Part shown: positions 31,392-46,018 of the stretch, piece by piece
Layout of the letters: every line of letters starts with the position of its first letter
How positions within the stretch are numbered: position 1 is the first letter of the stretch
From: Tubiluchus corallicola
Lineage: Eukaryota > Animalia > Priapulida
NCBI GenBank assembly: GCA_030141605.1
Contig: JAQGDQ010001009.1
Span: 6,872 to 70,871 of the forward strand
DNA: 64,000 nucleotides
Reading direction: 5' to 3'
Notes under the pieces: generated by a model
What the model was told of the DNA's origin: nothing
The model's database searches: none
What the model saw: the letters and a program-made list of their open reading frames with translations, nothing else
Program-made: the position numbers and the translations under genes

Positions 31392-31547
31392 CTTTTGTCC
31401 GTTAGTTTTTATTACGAAAATCAACTAGTGATAACAGACAACAAACATGACATATTTGCAACATGTTGCTGTATGATTTTTGCACACAAGCCGTTTTCAT
31501 ACGGATTTGTACTTTTGCCAAATCACATTCAATACAAACTCTAAACT

Positions 31548-31996
31548 AGTGGCGGCTCCTAGGGTTGTGCTTCAGAAATTTTTAGCTATTGTTTTAATAC
31601 TGTGTAATAAGAAACAAACATAATTTATTATGTGATTTTAAACAAACAAACATATGTTTATACATTAAAATATTTTTTGCTCACTAATGGCCTAAATACA
31701 CGCAGTTCGTGACAACTGAGAACAAACTGTGTGAGCAGCAGTACTTTCTCTACCTAGCAGCAGACACTAGCAGTGCAGCGTACAGCATCTCAGACATGTG
31801 AGCATGGCCACATACGCACAACAGCTAAACACCACTGCGCTGGGCTGTGAAGCAAACAGTACTACCCTCACGTCCTCTGGTTCTGTATAAAGGAAGCACT
31901 AAAGACAAATGACTTTTTATATTGAATATTATCGGTAACATTGAATGACGATAGGGGGTGCTGCAGTTCCGCAGTACCCATACACGAGCCGCCACT
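31548..31996 (+). mobile_element. hAT-like MITE (CAGTGGCGGCTC TIR family)
   Basis: tagtggcggctc...gagccgccactg; imperfect TSD ctctaaac/ctaaaaac; relatives at 41260-41535, 54460-55013, 57859-58291 and 21362-22300. Confidence 0.75.
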
Positions 31997-32424
31997 GCTA
32001 AAAACAAACTTTGCAAACTCATTTAATTAAAAATCAATATGGCACATCTTTGGCATTGCGTCATGAACGCTAACAACTCGTGAAAAATAAAGAAGTAACA
32101 ATAACAACTTAAAAAAACAAGTAATAACTACATTCAACTGTTCAAAACTGATGTTACAAGAGTATTAATTTTATACACTAAATTAGTTTGTGTCAACCCC
32201 AACGCAGAATTACTCGGGTTTAGTAACTTCATCACTCAAAGCTTTGAAAATGACAGGTGATTCAAAGATGCTAAAGGATGTTACAAGTCATGAAAGCACC
32301 AGCGTTTTGTACGTTAAGGCACAAGAAAAACCTGCACTTACATACTGCATAAATGCATACAGGGCTTGCGTCGGCAGTAGCGCGTTATAAAACGTGCAAA
32401 TTTAGACTCCGGCGATGACTCTTG

Positions 32425-32799
32425 GACGCAGCCATTTTGACGACAGCTCATTTGAAACAATCTTAGATATCATTAAGAAAAGTTTGAAAAAATAATCAGA
32501 GCATTCGTAGTGCACACGTCACTAACTAAGTAAAATTTAAAATTACTGTATCTTGTCAATAAGATTAAAAATTGTTTTTTTGCTAGCGAGTGGTGCACAC
32601 TGGAGGTGATTCAGCGGCATTTTACCAATTGATGAAAATAATTAATAATTTTCTTTTCTAGTTACATAAGTCTTTCAATCAGATAAACTTAACGTTAAGT
32701 AGTACAACTTATGGACATAGTTTAACATTTCCTTTTCAACCCCTGACTTACGCTGTGCGTGTATGACGTCATGTAATGGCGCGGTGGGAACAGTATTGC

Positions 32800-32800
<1 letters not shown>
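32425..32800. repeat. Dispersed repeat, inverted copy at 63010-63412
   Basis: Collinear reverse-complement match (e.g. ttgaaaaaataatcagagcattcgtag). Confidence 0.8.
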
Positions 32801-32857
<57 letters not shown>

Positions 32858-33229
32858 CCTGTATGTAAGGTATGGAGGTAAAAAATTTCGCCGAATGCCA
32901 GGTTTGGTGAACAGGGTCGGTGCTGATCTTGACTCGACAGAGTTAAAATATCGAATACATCCTAGGTAACTTTTGTCTTGTCGGCTGGGTCCTTGTTTCA
33001 CTGTCCTACAAGAAGTAGTTGTGGTCCCACACCATCGCTAACTCATCCTTGAATAATTGACTCACCTGCGATTTGCAAAGTTTGGCCTTAGATTTTGTTG
33101 GATACCATTAATTTACATAACTGGTGATTCTCACAGTTCTTACAATCTCTTACAATCTTAAAAATCTCTTACAAGTCCATGTTGTCCTCAAGATGATCGT
33201 CTGCTACTGAGTCGTGACATAGCCACAAC

Positions 33230-36200
33230 TTAGTGGTAGCCACCACCATGTCCATAGCCACCATAACTGCGACGATGGCCACCGTGACCGTAACCACCGC
33301 CATATCCTCCATAACCACGACGATGTCCACCATATCCACTGTGGTGTCCGCCATAACCACGCCTGTGACCACCATAACCGCCGCCATATCCACCGTGATG
33401 GCCACCATAACCACGCCGGTGCCCACCATAACCACCACGATGTCCACCATAACCACCACGATGTCCACCATAACCACCACGATGTCCACCATAGCCACCA
33501 CCATGACCACCATAACCACCACGATGTCCACCACCATAACCACCACGATGTCCACCATAGCCACCATGGCCACCATAGCCACCACCATGACCACCATAAC
33601 CACCACCATAACCACCACGATGTCCACCATATCCACCATGGCCACCATAACCACCACGATGTCCACCATAGCCGCCATGGCCACCATAACCACCATGTCC
33701 ACCATAGCCACCACCATGACCATACCTTCCACCTCCATAGAGCAGGAAAATCCGTAAGAGGTTCTGCCTCTGTGAGTCTGTCAGGGTAGCCGAATTAGCG
33801 GCATTGGAGAGAAGTTGGGCTAAAACTGGGTAAACAAAACCGAGGCTATTTCCACCACCACCATAACCACTTCCTTCCACCTTGTAGCCAATCTGCATTT
33901 AGAAAAAAATATAAAAAAATGCTGAAGTGAATTTGAGCTTGTACAAAACAAACAGTGCGCTGCGTTTTGTGGAATTCAGTAACAAAATGGCGGCTCACTA
34001 ATATTGACAGTTCTGTTACTTAGTTGTTTACCAAAAATGACTGCTTGTAAGAAACAAGAAAGTCTTGTATTATGTAGCTTTCGTAATTTGTGACAGTTGG
34101 TTACTAATTTTCGTGACATTGTAGTGATTATCAGTAGATAATTAAGTAGCAAATTAACACTTAAGAGTAAAACTGGTATCTCTCTTTTCTGGTATCTCGT
34201 AGAAATGTTTTGGTCCATTACCCCTTCTCAAGGTAGTATATGCATTAGAAGCCAAAATATATTAGACTGTAGTTCAACAAGCTAGACTACCCCTTCTCAA
34301 GGTAGTATATGCATTAGAAGCCACAATATATTAGACTGTAGTTCAACAAGCTAGACTACCCCTTCCCAAGGTAGTATATGCATTAGAAGCCACAATATAT
34401 TAGACTGTAGTTCAACAAGCTAGACTACCCCTTCCCAAGGTAGTATATGCATTAGAAGCCACAATATATTAGACTGTAGTTCAACAAGCTAGACTACCCC
34501 TTCTCAAGGTAGTATATGCATTAGAAGCCACAATATATTAGACTGTAGTTCAACAAGCTAGACTACCCCTTCTCAAGGTAGTATATGCATTAGAAGCCAC
34601 AATATATTAGACTGTAGTTCAACAAGCTAGACTACCCCTTCCCAAGGTAGTATATGCATTAGAAGCCACAATATATTAGACTTTAGTTCAACAAGCTAGA
34701 CTACACCTTCTCAAGGTAGTATATGCATTAGAAGCCACAATATATTAGACTGTAGTTCTACAAGCTAGACTATCCCTTCTCAAGGTAGTATATACGTTAG
34801 AAGCCACAATATATTAGACTGTAGTTCAACAAGCTAGACTACCCCTTCTCAAGGTAGTATATACATTAGAAGCCACAATATATTAGACTGTAGTTCAACA
34901 AGCTAGACTACCCCTTCTCAAGGTAGTATATGCATTAGAAGCCACAATATATTAGACTGTAGTTCAACAAGCTAGACTACCCCTTCTCAAGGTAGTATAT
35001 ACATTAGAAGCCACAATATATTAGACTGTAGTTCAACAAGCTAGACTACCCCTTCTCAAGGTAGTACATGCATTAGAAGCTACAATATATTAGACTGTAG
35101 TTCAACAAGCTAGACTACCCCTTCCCAAGGTAGTATATGCATTAGAAGCCACGATATATTAGACTGTAGTTCAACAAGCTAGACTACTTTTTTCTACTAT
35201 GACAATGCATAGGTGGAACTTGTTATGTACACACGTTTCTGTTACATTTAAAATTATACTGCTACCTTTTACTGACATTCTAGCTTTTTCTCGACTCAAT
35301 ACTGGACCAACAACGTATGTATGCATTTTAGTGTAACGTAGTAATATGTAGCACTTATTTTGTAGCACTTATTTTCTAGCACTTATTTCGGTAGTTTTGC
35401 AGAGGTAGTAATTGTAGATTACAGAAAATTTGTATTTTCTGCTGAATAAACTAACATAGATATGGGAACGCAACTTTGGTTTGAGCGTATACATTACAAA
35501 CAGCATAAGTTCTTCTACTCCTAAAGAAAGATTGGGTTGAAGTTGTTTAACATCTTTATTTATCTTTCCCTATCCAAGTTGTTTTTGGTTCGTCAGGTAG
35601 TTTTAATGCTTCATTTCAGGCGATTCTTACTGGTACTTCATCTGGTAATCGTAGAAGATGTCCTAAACATCTTAATCTTCGGATCTTAACTGCATGGTCC
35701 TACTAGATACCCCTATTCAGCATGGTCCTACTAGATACCCCTATTCAGCATGGTCCTACTAGATACCCCTATTCAGCATGGTCCTACTAGATACCCCTAT
35801 TCAGCATGGTCCTACTAGATATGCCTACCACACATGGTCCTACTAGACACACCTACTCTGCATGGTCTTACTAGATACCCCTAATCTGCATGGTCCTACT
35901 AGATACCCCAATTCTGCATGGTCCTACTAGATACATATACTCCACATGGTCCTTCTAGATACCACTACTCCACATGGTCCTACTAGATACCCCTACTCCG
36001 CATGGTCCTACTAGATACGTATACTCCACATGGTCCTAATAGATACCCCTACTCCACATGGTCCTTCTAGATACCCCTACCACACATGTTCCTACTAGAT
36101 ACACCTACTCTGTATGGTCCTAATAGATACCCCAACTCTGCATGGTCCTAATAGATACCCCTACTCCACATGGTCCTACTAGATACCCCTACTCCACATG

Positions 36201-36361
36201 GTCCTAATAGATACCCCTACTCCACATGGTCCTTCTAGATACCTCTACTCCACATGGTCCTACTAGATACCCCTACTCCGCATGGTCTTACTAGATACAC
36301 CTACCTTGGACAAAACCAGTAAGCTGGTTACCATGACAACCAGCGTTTTCACAATCTTCAT
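33230..36361 (-). CDS. Secreted Gly/Tyr/His/Arg-rich protein 1 (239 aa); coding exons 36361-36305 and 33892-33230
   Basis: Signal peptide [19 protein letters not shown]|IGYKVEG; phase-0 GT-AG intron; GGYGGHR repeats; acceptor before 36400 implies an upstream UTR exon. Confidence 0.85.
34219..35188. repeat. 69-bp minisatellite, ~14 copies (inverted relative of 15994-16408)
   Basis: taccccttctcaaggtagtatatgcattagaagccacaatatattagactgtagttcaacaagctagac. Confidence 0.97.
35570..35690 (-). mobile_element. RTE-like LINE C-terminal relic
   Basis: [24 protein letters not shown]...PKTTW. Confidence 0.6.
35691..36304. repeat. 28-bp minisatellite, ~22 copies, abutting the splice donor of Gly-rich gene 1
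   Basis: catggtcctactagatacccctactcca. Confidence 0.95.
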
Positions 36362-36604
36362 CTTCGACACTTCTGCTAGTATCTTCAACCGTTTCAGCAA
36401 CTGAAAGTGATAAAACATCTCAACTTTTACATCCAATTAAGCTTCTCCATTAGATGTATTAATTACCACAAAAACAGTGCAATAGACATGTTGAATGTTT
36501 TTCTTTTTTGTGCACTGCGCTATATGTTCAAGGTCAGTAAGTCTGTACAGTCCTACTGACCTTACATTAATTGGCCATAAGGCCAGTGGCTTCTTGTGTA
36601 TAGA

Positions 36605-36865
36605 AGTAAAATAAATCGTTGTCTTGGTTGTGTATAGCTGATTATTGGTGTTTTAGGGATGGCAAAACTATGAAGAGTCAGGACCTGTCACAAAAAGTAA
36701 AATAATTCGTTGTATTGGTTGTGTATAGCTGATTATTGGTGTTTTAGGGATGGCAAAACTATGAAGAGTCAGGACCTGTCACAAAAAGTAAAATAATTCG
36801 TTGTATTGGTTGTGTATAGCTGATTATTGGTGTTTTAGGGATGGCAAAACTATGAAGAGTCAGAT
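36605..36865. repeat. ~91-bp tandem repeat, ~3 copies
   Basis: ttggttgtgtatagctgattattggtgttttagggatggcaaaactatgaagagtcag recurs. Confidence 0.85.
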
Positions 36866-37192
36866 TATAAAACTCCATGTTTATTGAACATCAAACACAG
36901 TAAATATAACAGATAGTAATGCCAAGCCCCCTGATCTAACATGCTCTCCTTCAACTCCCAGACTCAATACCCTGAGCTGGGCGCATCATACGGCTTATAT
37001 CTACGCCTACCTTTCGGTTCTGAATCACTTGATCACGTGACACCACACCTTAACTGGCTTCATGCCAGCATTCATCAACATTATTATCTATCATAATTTT
37101 CTAACGCTTTTAACATAGTTTAACAGGTCCTCTTTACTATAGATACTGTGGTACTGCAGCTGTTTTCACTCATTATTATCGATAATATTCAA

Positions 37193-37312
37193 TATACAAG
37201 TGCTGAAGACTTGCGAAGAGTTATCAAGGACGTTTGGGTTAAAGAAATTACTTCCTAGTACTGCCAAAACCTAATTTCCAGTATACCTCTTAGAATGAAG
37301 GCAGTGATCTAC
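37193..37312 (+). mobile_element. Tc1-like transposase C-terminal relic
   Basis: YTSAEDLRRVIKDVWVKEITS*YCQNLISSIPLRMKAVI matches the Tc1 L..SMP.R..AVI terminus. Confidence 0.65.
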
Positions 37313-37570
37313 GAAGTACCTAACAAGGCTGTAGCCTAGAGCGCCCTGCTTAGGCATTCTAGGGGGTAAAAAATTCTTATTCTTCGCCAAGATTCTTAAA
37401 CATTCATACAAAGTGCGCATTTTATAGCGCACCACAAGCAGTTGCCGAGACCGCTTTTATAATAAAGAGCGTCATAATATATTGTGATAAACAATGCTTT
37501 TTGGCGATTAGGCAACCATTATTAAAAATATCAACACAACTTAAAAAATAGACGATTCATGGGTGGTAAA

Positions 37571-37763
37571 TTCGTCATCGTTGCTATGTAGGCAATATGG
37601 CACATCATTGCCTTCGTCATCAGTGCTATGTAGGCAATATGGCACATCATTGCCTTCGTCATCAGTGCTATGTAGGCAATATGGCACATCATTGCCTTCG
37701 TCACCAGTGCTATGTACGCAATATGGCACATTATTGCCTTCGTCATCAGTGCTATGTAGGCAA
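37571..37763. repeat. 42-bp tandem repeat, ~4.5 copies
   Basis: ttcgtcatcagtgctatgtaggcaatatggcacatcattgcc. Confidence 0.9.
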
Positions 37764-37829
37764 ATTAACGTAATTTTCAACATCTAAAACATTTCATGAG
37801 AGTGTTTGTGTAAGTGAAAATTACTCAAA

Positions 37830-38430
37830 GTACAATACTACTGTAAGATATTTAGTATATTATACTAGAAATAGGCAAGTTTTAAGATAAAATTTCAAAT
37901 TTACCGCTGTACTCACGCATAACCTGTCGAACGTGTGCAGTACGTCACAAACTTACACATCTGAACTGAGAGGTACAGCACCTGTTTTTTTGCAACACGT
38001 TTCCGAAATGCAGGCGCTAGTGCCCGTCTAACTAGCGAATGGCGAAATGCATGTAACAGCGAAGAACTCGTGGTGCGAACGTGAATTTGTGTTTGTGATA
38101 GCTCAGGCCCATCTATATTTCTTAAAGCAAAATCGGACCCAATCTTAAACTGTAGGCCAAAACGATCTACTCTGTAAAAGATTGAAAGGAAACATACTAT
38201 TTTAATTACAAAATGACTTACGCGAAAGAATTATTACCGACACAAACAAATATTCACGTTCGCGCCACGAGTTCTTCGCTGTTACATGCATTTCACCATT
38301 TGCTAGTTAAATGGGCACTAGCGCCTGCATTTCGGAAACGCATTGCAAAAAAGCAGGTGCTGTACCTCTCAGTTCAGATGTGTAAGTTTGTGACGAACTC
38401 GTGGCGCGAACGTGAATTTGTGTTTGTGTC
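37830..38430. repeat. Dispersed repeat with local inverted re-copy; another copy at 44125-44430
   Basis: 37945-38097 matches 38240-38400 in reverse complement. Confidence 0.75.
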
Positions 38431-38439
38431 GGTAATAAG

Positions 38440-39382
38440 GACAGAACAAAACAGAACAGAACGGAATGGAGTGAAACAGAACAGACGGGACAGGAGAGGA
38501 CAGGACAGGACAGAACAGAACAGAACAGAACAGAACAGAACAGAACAGGACAGAACAAAACAGAACAGAACGGAATGGAGTGAAACAGAACAGAACGGGA
38601 CAGGAGAGGACAGGACAGGACAGAACAGAACAGGACAGAACAAAACAGAACAGAACGGAATGGAGTGAAACAGAACAGAACAGGACGGGACAGGACATGA
38701 CAGGACAGGACAGGACAGGACAGGACAGGACAGGACAGGACAGGACAGGACAGGACAGGACAGGACAGGACAGGACAGGACAGGACAGGACAGGACAGGA
38801 CAGGACAGGACAGGACAGGACAGGACAGGACAGGACAGGACAGAACAGAACAGAACAGAACGGAATGGAGTGAAACAGAACAGGACGGGACAGGACAGGA
38901 CATGACATGACATGACATGACATGACAGAACAGAACAGAACAGAACAGAACAGAACAGAACAGAACAGAACAGAACAGAACAGAACAGAACAGAACAGAA
39001 CAGAACAGAACAGAACAGAACAGAACAGAACAGAACAGAACAGAACAGAACAGAACAGAACAGAACAGAACAGAACAGAACAGAACAGAACAGAACAGAA
39101 CAGAACAGAACAGAACAGAACAGAACAGAACGGAATGGAGTGAAACAGAACAGGACGGGACAGGACAGGACAGGACATGACATGACATGACATGACATTG
39201 CATGACATGACATGACATGACATGACATGACATGACATGACATGACATGACATGACATGACATGACATGACATGACATGACATGACAGAACAGAACAGAA
39301 CAGAACAGAACAGAACAGAACAGAACAGAACAGAACAGAACAGAACAGAACAGAACAGAACAGAACAGAACAGAACAGAACA
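38440..39382. repeat. Pentanucleotide microsatellite (CAGAA/CAGGA/CATGA)
   Basis: Seen directly. Confidence 0.97.
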
Positions 39383-39440
39383 TAGTTTGCATAGTTATGT
39401 AAAACTCAAAAGAAAGGCGAAGTTGAACTTATTTTAATAT

Positions 39441-41255
39441 TTGGGGGGAAAAAGGACGTTTCAGCAAACAAGTTTTGATAAGCTTGGGCGTTCCCAATTT
39501 TCAACGAAAAATGACGTCATCCGGTTACTTTTTAGCAATGTGTACTTTATGTATGCTTTTTTGCAATGTATACTTTATGTATGCTTTTTGCAATGTATAG
39601 TTTATGTACACATGTATACTTTGTGTGCTTTTTTGCAATGTATACTTTATGTATGCTTTTTTGCAATGTATACTTTATGTACACATGTATACTTTATGTG
39701 TGCTTTTTTGCAATGTATACTTTATGTATACATGTATACTTTATGTGTGCTTTTTTGCAATGTATACTTTATGTATGCTTTTTTGCAATGTATACCTTAT
39801 GTATACATGTATACTTTATGTGTGCTTTTTTGCAATGTATACTTTATGTACACATGTATACTTTATGTATGCTTTTCTGCAATGTATACTTTATGTACAC
39901 ATGTATACTTTATGTGTGCTTTTTTGCAATGTATACTTTATGTATACATGTATACTTTATGTGTGCTTTTTTGCATTGTATACTTTATGTATGCTTTTTG
40001 CAATGTATATTTTATGTACACATGCATACTTTGTGTGCTTTTTTGCAATGTATACTTTATGTATGCTTTTTTGCAATGTATACCTTATGTATACATGTAT
40101 ACTTTATGTGTGCTTTTTTGCAATGTATACTTTATGTATGCTTTTTTTGCAATGTATACTTTATGTATGCTTTTTGCAATGTATATTTTATGTACACATG
40201 TATACTTTGTGTGCTTTTTTGCAATGTATACTTTATGTATGCTTTTTTGCAATGTATACTTTATGTACACATGTATACTTTATGTGTGCTTTTTTGCAAT
40301 GTATACTTTATGTACACATATGTACACATGTATACTTTATGTATGCTTTTTTGGGGGGAAAAAGGACGTTTCAGCAAACAAGTTTTGATAAGCTTGGGCG
40401 TTCCCAATTTTCAACGAAAAATGACGTCATCCGGTTACTTTTTAGCAATGTGTACTTTATGTATGCTTTTTTGCAATGTATACTTTATGTATGCTTTTTT
40501 GCAATGTATACCTTATGTATACATGTATACTTTATGTGTGCTTTTTTGCAATGTATACTTTATGTACACATGTATACTTTATGTATGCTTTTCTGCAATG
40601 TATACTTTATGTACACATGTATACTTTATGTGTGCTTTTTTGCAATGTATACTTTATGTATACATGTATACTTTATGTGTGCTTTTTTGCATTGTATACT
40701 TTATGTATGCTTTTTGCAATGTATATTTTATGTACACATGCATACTTTGTGTGCTTTTTTGCAATGTATACTTTATGTATGCTTTTTTGCAATGTATACC
40801 TTATGTATACATGTATACTTTATGTGTGCTTTTTTGCAATGTATACTTTATGTATGCTTTTTTGCAATGTATACTTTATGTACACATGTATACTTTATGT
40901 GTGCTTTTTTGCAATGTATACTTTATGTATGCTTTTTGCAATGTATATTTTATGTACACATGCATACTTTGTGTGCTTTTTTGCAATGTATACTTTATGT
41001 ATGCTTTTTTGCAATGTATACCTTATGTATACATGTATACTTTATGTGTGCTTTTTGCAATGTATACCTTATGTATACATGTATACTTTATGTGTGCTTT
41101 TTTGCAATGTATACTTTATGTACACATATGTACACATGTATACTTTATGTATGCTTTTTTGCAATGTATACTTTATGTACACATGTATACTTTATGCATG
41201 CTTTTTGCAATGTATACTTTATGTATACATGTACAATGTATACTTTATGTATACT
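39441..41255. repeat. Compound satellite (gcaatgtatactttatgtat...) duplicated with a 910-bp period
   Basis: The unique head ttggggggaaaaaggacg occurs at 39441 and 40351. Confidence 0.9.
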
Positions 41256-41904
41256 AAGCTGACAAGAAACTGTGTGAGCGACAGTGCTTTCTCTACCTGT
41301 GCTCAAACGTGTGCGCATGGCTAACTGCGCACAACAGCCACACACCGCGTTGTGCTGTAAGTGCGCTGTGTTGGGCTGTGAAGCAAACAGTACAGCCTCA
41401 CATGCTCTGGTTCGGTACAAGTATAAAGAAAGAAAGACTTAAGAAAAAAGACTTATTATATTGAATATTATCAATAGTACTGAGTGAAAAAGGGGGTGCT
41501 GCAGTTTCACAACACCTGTACACGAGCCGCCCCTGCTAATAATTAATCCGTTGCTTGTGTTGACGGAAATGTTTGTTGAAATGCATTCCGGAGATTTGAG
41601 TTCGGATGGTAAAACCAATAATGATCTGTTGAAGTTGTAATTATTCGGAAAAGATGAATTTAACTATGTTGCTAACTGTAAAATACTCCAATGCATACAT
41701 GACTTCATATTACGTACTAAACGCTTCCAGTAGTTTCTATCTGATATGAAATGCATCAGTCTTAAATAATCGTACATTAATATTTACTAACCGTCATTTT
41801 TTAATAATGTCTAATGTATCACTATAGTAAAACTTTAGTGTACTAAAAACTAAGTATAGTCTATTCTTACTGTAAATGTTCTTGTAAATAGTGTATAAAG
41901 TCTG

Positions 41905-42390
<486 letters not shown>

Positions 42391-42428
42391 ACCATTTAAA
42401 AATAACAAAAATTATACTAAATACGTAC

Positions 42429-42577
42429 CTGTTAAATGAGTAAATTAATGTAGACCTTAAACAGTATCGTCTGATGCAAAAAACACAAACTGCAATTCAG
42501 TCTTCTCTATTTTACCATCAGACTCCTAGTGGCCCTAATTTCAGAAATCATTCATGCTACAGTGAATAGCCTTTATA
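42429..42577 (-). promoter_or_regulatory. Putative TATA promoter and non-coding exon 1 of Gly-rich gene 1
   Basis: TATAAAGGC at 42577-42569; donor CAG|GTACGT at 42428; mirrors the gene-3 promoter. Confidence 0.5.
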
Positions 42578-43620
42578 CACAGTGGACACTATAGTTCTAA
42601 TTACTTTGTTCTAAATGTCAGGGTTGGAAGCTTTCGAACAGTTTGGGTTTGCAAAAAAACACACTGCCTTTCCGGTTCTGTACCCCCCTTCCTCTCCCAA
42701 CGTCCGACAGAAACACGCGCGGTTTATGGTTCTTGGAAAAAACGAAAGTATTTGCCTCGTTTTAACAATAAATTTAACAGTGAATTATATGGGGCGTATC
42801 GAGAGTTTAACATGTTTCTAGGTTGCCCTATAGAAATATTTACGACCCCCCAGCATTATGGCGCTGCCCGCTGACCCAAATCTTTCATGAATAATTTTTA
42901 TATAGCAAATTATAAGCATATTCATGTAGCGTGGAACTATTTTGTTAATAGAATAATTGTTTATAATAAAGTAATTATTTTGCATCGTGAAGTTGAATAT
43001 AGAAAAATGATTTTAGATGAGAGACGATTTCAAATCGAAGTGTAAAGAATTGCTATAATTTGAACCCATGCAGTTTGATTTATTAACAACATAGAACTAA
43101 GACAAAGCCGGATTAAGACCTCAAGAGCCCCTAAGCATTGAAACGTTTAAATATTTAAGTTTAAGTTATAAGTTATAAGTTTATTTATTTCCACTCTGCA
43201 TCTAACAATAATAATAAAAATACAGATAATTTCACTGAAGTAAATATAAATATAAATGCAATATTATCCAGAAAGTTACAAAAGAGATTCCTATGCAGCA
43301 TATACATGTGCAAATTACATTACAGAGTAATTTTGATGCTTACAGTTTGAGCCTAAAAGCATAGCTTGACAGGCCAAACTGTACGTGGAAATCTTAAAAA
43401 AAAAATTAATTATTGAAATGATGAAATAATGATAATATTAATGATAATAATAATAATGATAATGACATAAACGTGGGTGGTATATATATATATATATATA
43501 TGTATGTATAAAGTTGATGTCATAGCATTTACTGTGAATGAATCTTACTGCCAGTTTTTCAATTTCGAAAGATAAAATTTCATTTTACAGTTTCGTGTTG
43601 TGTGTGTTCGTATATGTATA

Positions 43621-43878
43621 TTGTGACGTCATCACACAAAACGTAAGGCGTGAGCACTTTGTGACGTCATCACACAAAACGTAACTTTGTGACGTCATCA
43701 CACAGAACGTAAGGCATGAGCACTTTGTGACGTCATGACACAAAACGTAAGGCATGAGCACTTTGTGACGTCATCACACAAAACTTACGGCATGCGCATT
43801 TTGTGACGTCATCACACAAAACGTACGGCATGAGCACTTTGTGACGTCATCACACAAAACGTATGACGTGAGCACTTT
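43621..43878. repeat. 38-bp minisatellite carrying 7 perfect CRE palindromes (TGACGTCA)
   Basis: Sites at 43624, 43662, 43690, 43728, 43766, 43804, 43842. Confidence 0.9.
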
Positions 43879-44705
43879 ATTTTCGCACAGATAATTTACA
43901 ACATGTAAAGAATAGACGAAGTTAAGGGAAGGCAGGATGATTTTTCATTTACCACCCCATTTTCAACTCTGATAAAAGGTTATTTTAACACGATTAGCGC
44001 TGCAAAAGCGGTTCTGATTAACGACGGGCGAGCTCAACTATTGATGACGTCACAAACTAACATAATTTTCAACAGCAAAAATATTCCACGAGCGTGTTGC
44101 ACGTGTTTGTGAAAGCGGAAATTGTAGTACAGTGCTACTGTAAGATATTCAGTGTGTTGTACTAAAACCAAGTAAGTTTTAAGATAAAAATTCAAATTTC
44201 AAATGTGACGATGTGCTCACGCATGAGCTGTCGAACGTGTGTACTTCGTCACGAATAAACGCATCTGGACTGAGAGGTACGGCACCTGCTTTTAGTGCAA
44301 TGCATTTCCAAAATAGAGGCGCTACGACTCGTCTAAGTACCGAATGGCGAAATGCCGGCGAAGAACTAGTGGCGCGAACGTGAAATTGCATTTTTGTGGA
44401 AATAATTCTTTCACGTAAGTCATTTTTGAGAAAAACAGTCCGTTTCTTCTCAATGTTTTAAAGATGGAGGTGCGGTTTTGTTTTAAATGTTTAAGTAAAG
44501 TGGGGAAAGGGAACGAATATAAGGTTTTTTACCACCTTCCCCTATATAAAATGAAATATTTATTTTAACCAGAGATTCTAAACTCTAACAATGTTATTTT
44601 ATTGAAACAATGTATGGTGTTACTTTTTTGTCGTTGTGTTTCTTTACATTTTCACTGCTAATTTACATAATTATGATAATTTTGTAGAGCAGGAAGCTGG
44701 TGACG

Positions 44706-45243
<538 letters not shown>

Positions 45244-46018
45244 TTATTTCACTCCAGCAATACATATACAATACATCAACACATAATATTATTGAAACAA
45301 AAAGAAACAGTATAGGTAAAAAAACGTTGATGAAGTCAAATTAACCAAATAAAAGAATTGCTGTATGACACCTTGAAAGCTTGTCTTGTTAAGGTGGCAC
45401 AAATGAGTGAATGAAAGAATGGTTAGGATTAGTAGACATGATGGAATGGAAAAATAGTAAGATTAGGGATAGGAAGAAGGAAGGGAGGGGAGGATGAGTG
45501 AATGAAAGAATGGTTAGGGTTAGTAGACATGACGGAATAGAAAAAATAGTAAGATTAGGGATAGGAAGAAGGAATGGAGGGGAGGATGAGTGAATGAAAG
45601 AATGGTTAGGGTCAGACGGAATGGAAAAAATCTTAAAAGAAAAGAGAAAGAATGTAGCATTTACTTATGAGCAATCTTGAAACGCAAAAAGACAAGAATT
45701 TTGCATTGAACTATAACCACATTCCACAAATCTTGACTTTAATTCATTTCAGTATTTGTTTATTGTTCACAGGTATGAACAGGTTTGATGTGATTGATAC
45801 TGATAATGAAAATGTAAAATCAAATAGCGGTCTAGGTCGGTTGCACTTGAAACTTCTATCCTGCTAAGAATTAACATTGTTTGCAGACGAACAAAGACCA
45901 CACTTTGTGGCTCTCAGTGAAAGTGGGGCACGCACATATGGATACAAACATTCACTTTCAAACCGATGCCCTAATTTCACTCCTCTACTATACATGCAGT
46001 AGTAGTAGTAGTAGTAAA

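Noticed and set aside
33169-33757. Met/Val-rich and Thr-rich ORFs overlapping Gly-rich gene 1
   Set aside because: Shadow frames of the GGY repeat; only the Gly frame has a matching acceptor and signal-peptide exon
38307-41324. 300-560-aa Cys-rich ORFs
   Set aside because: Microsatellite and satellite translations
45760-45840. Possible upstream coding exon for Gly-rich gene 2
   Set aside because: Phase does not fit and it encodes no signal peptide; ATG 49437 already gives a complete one
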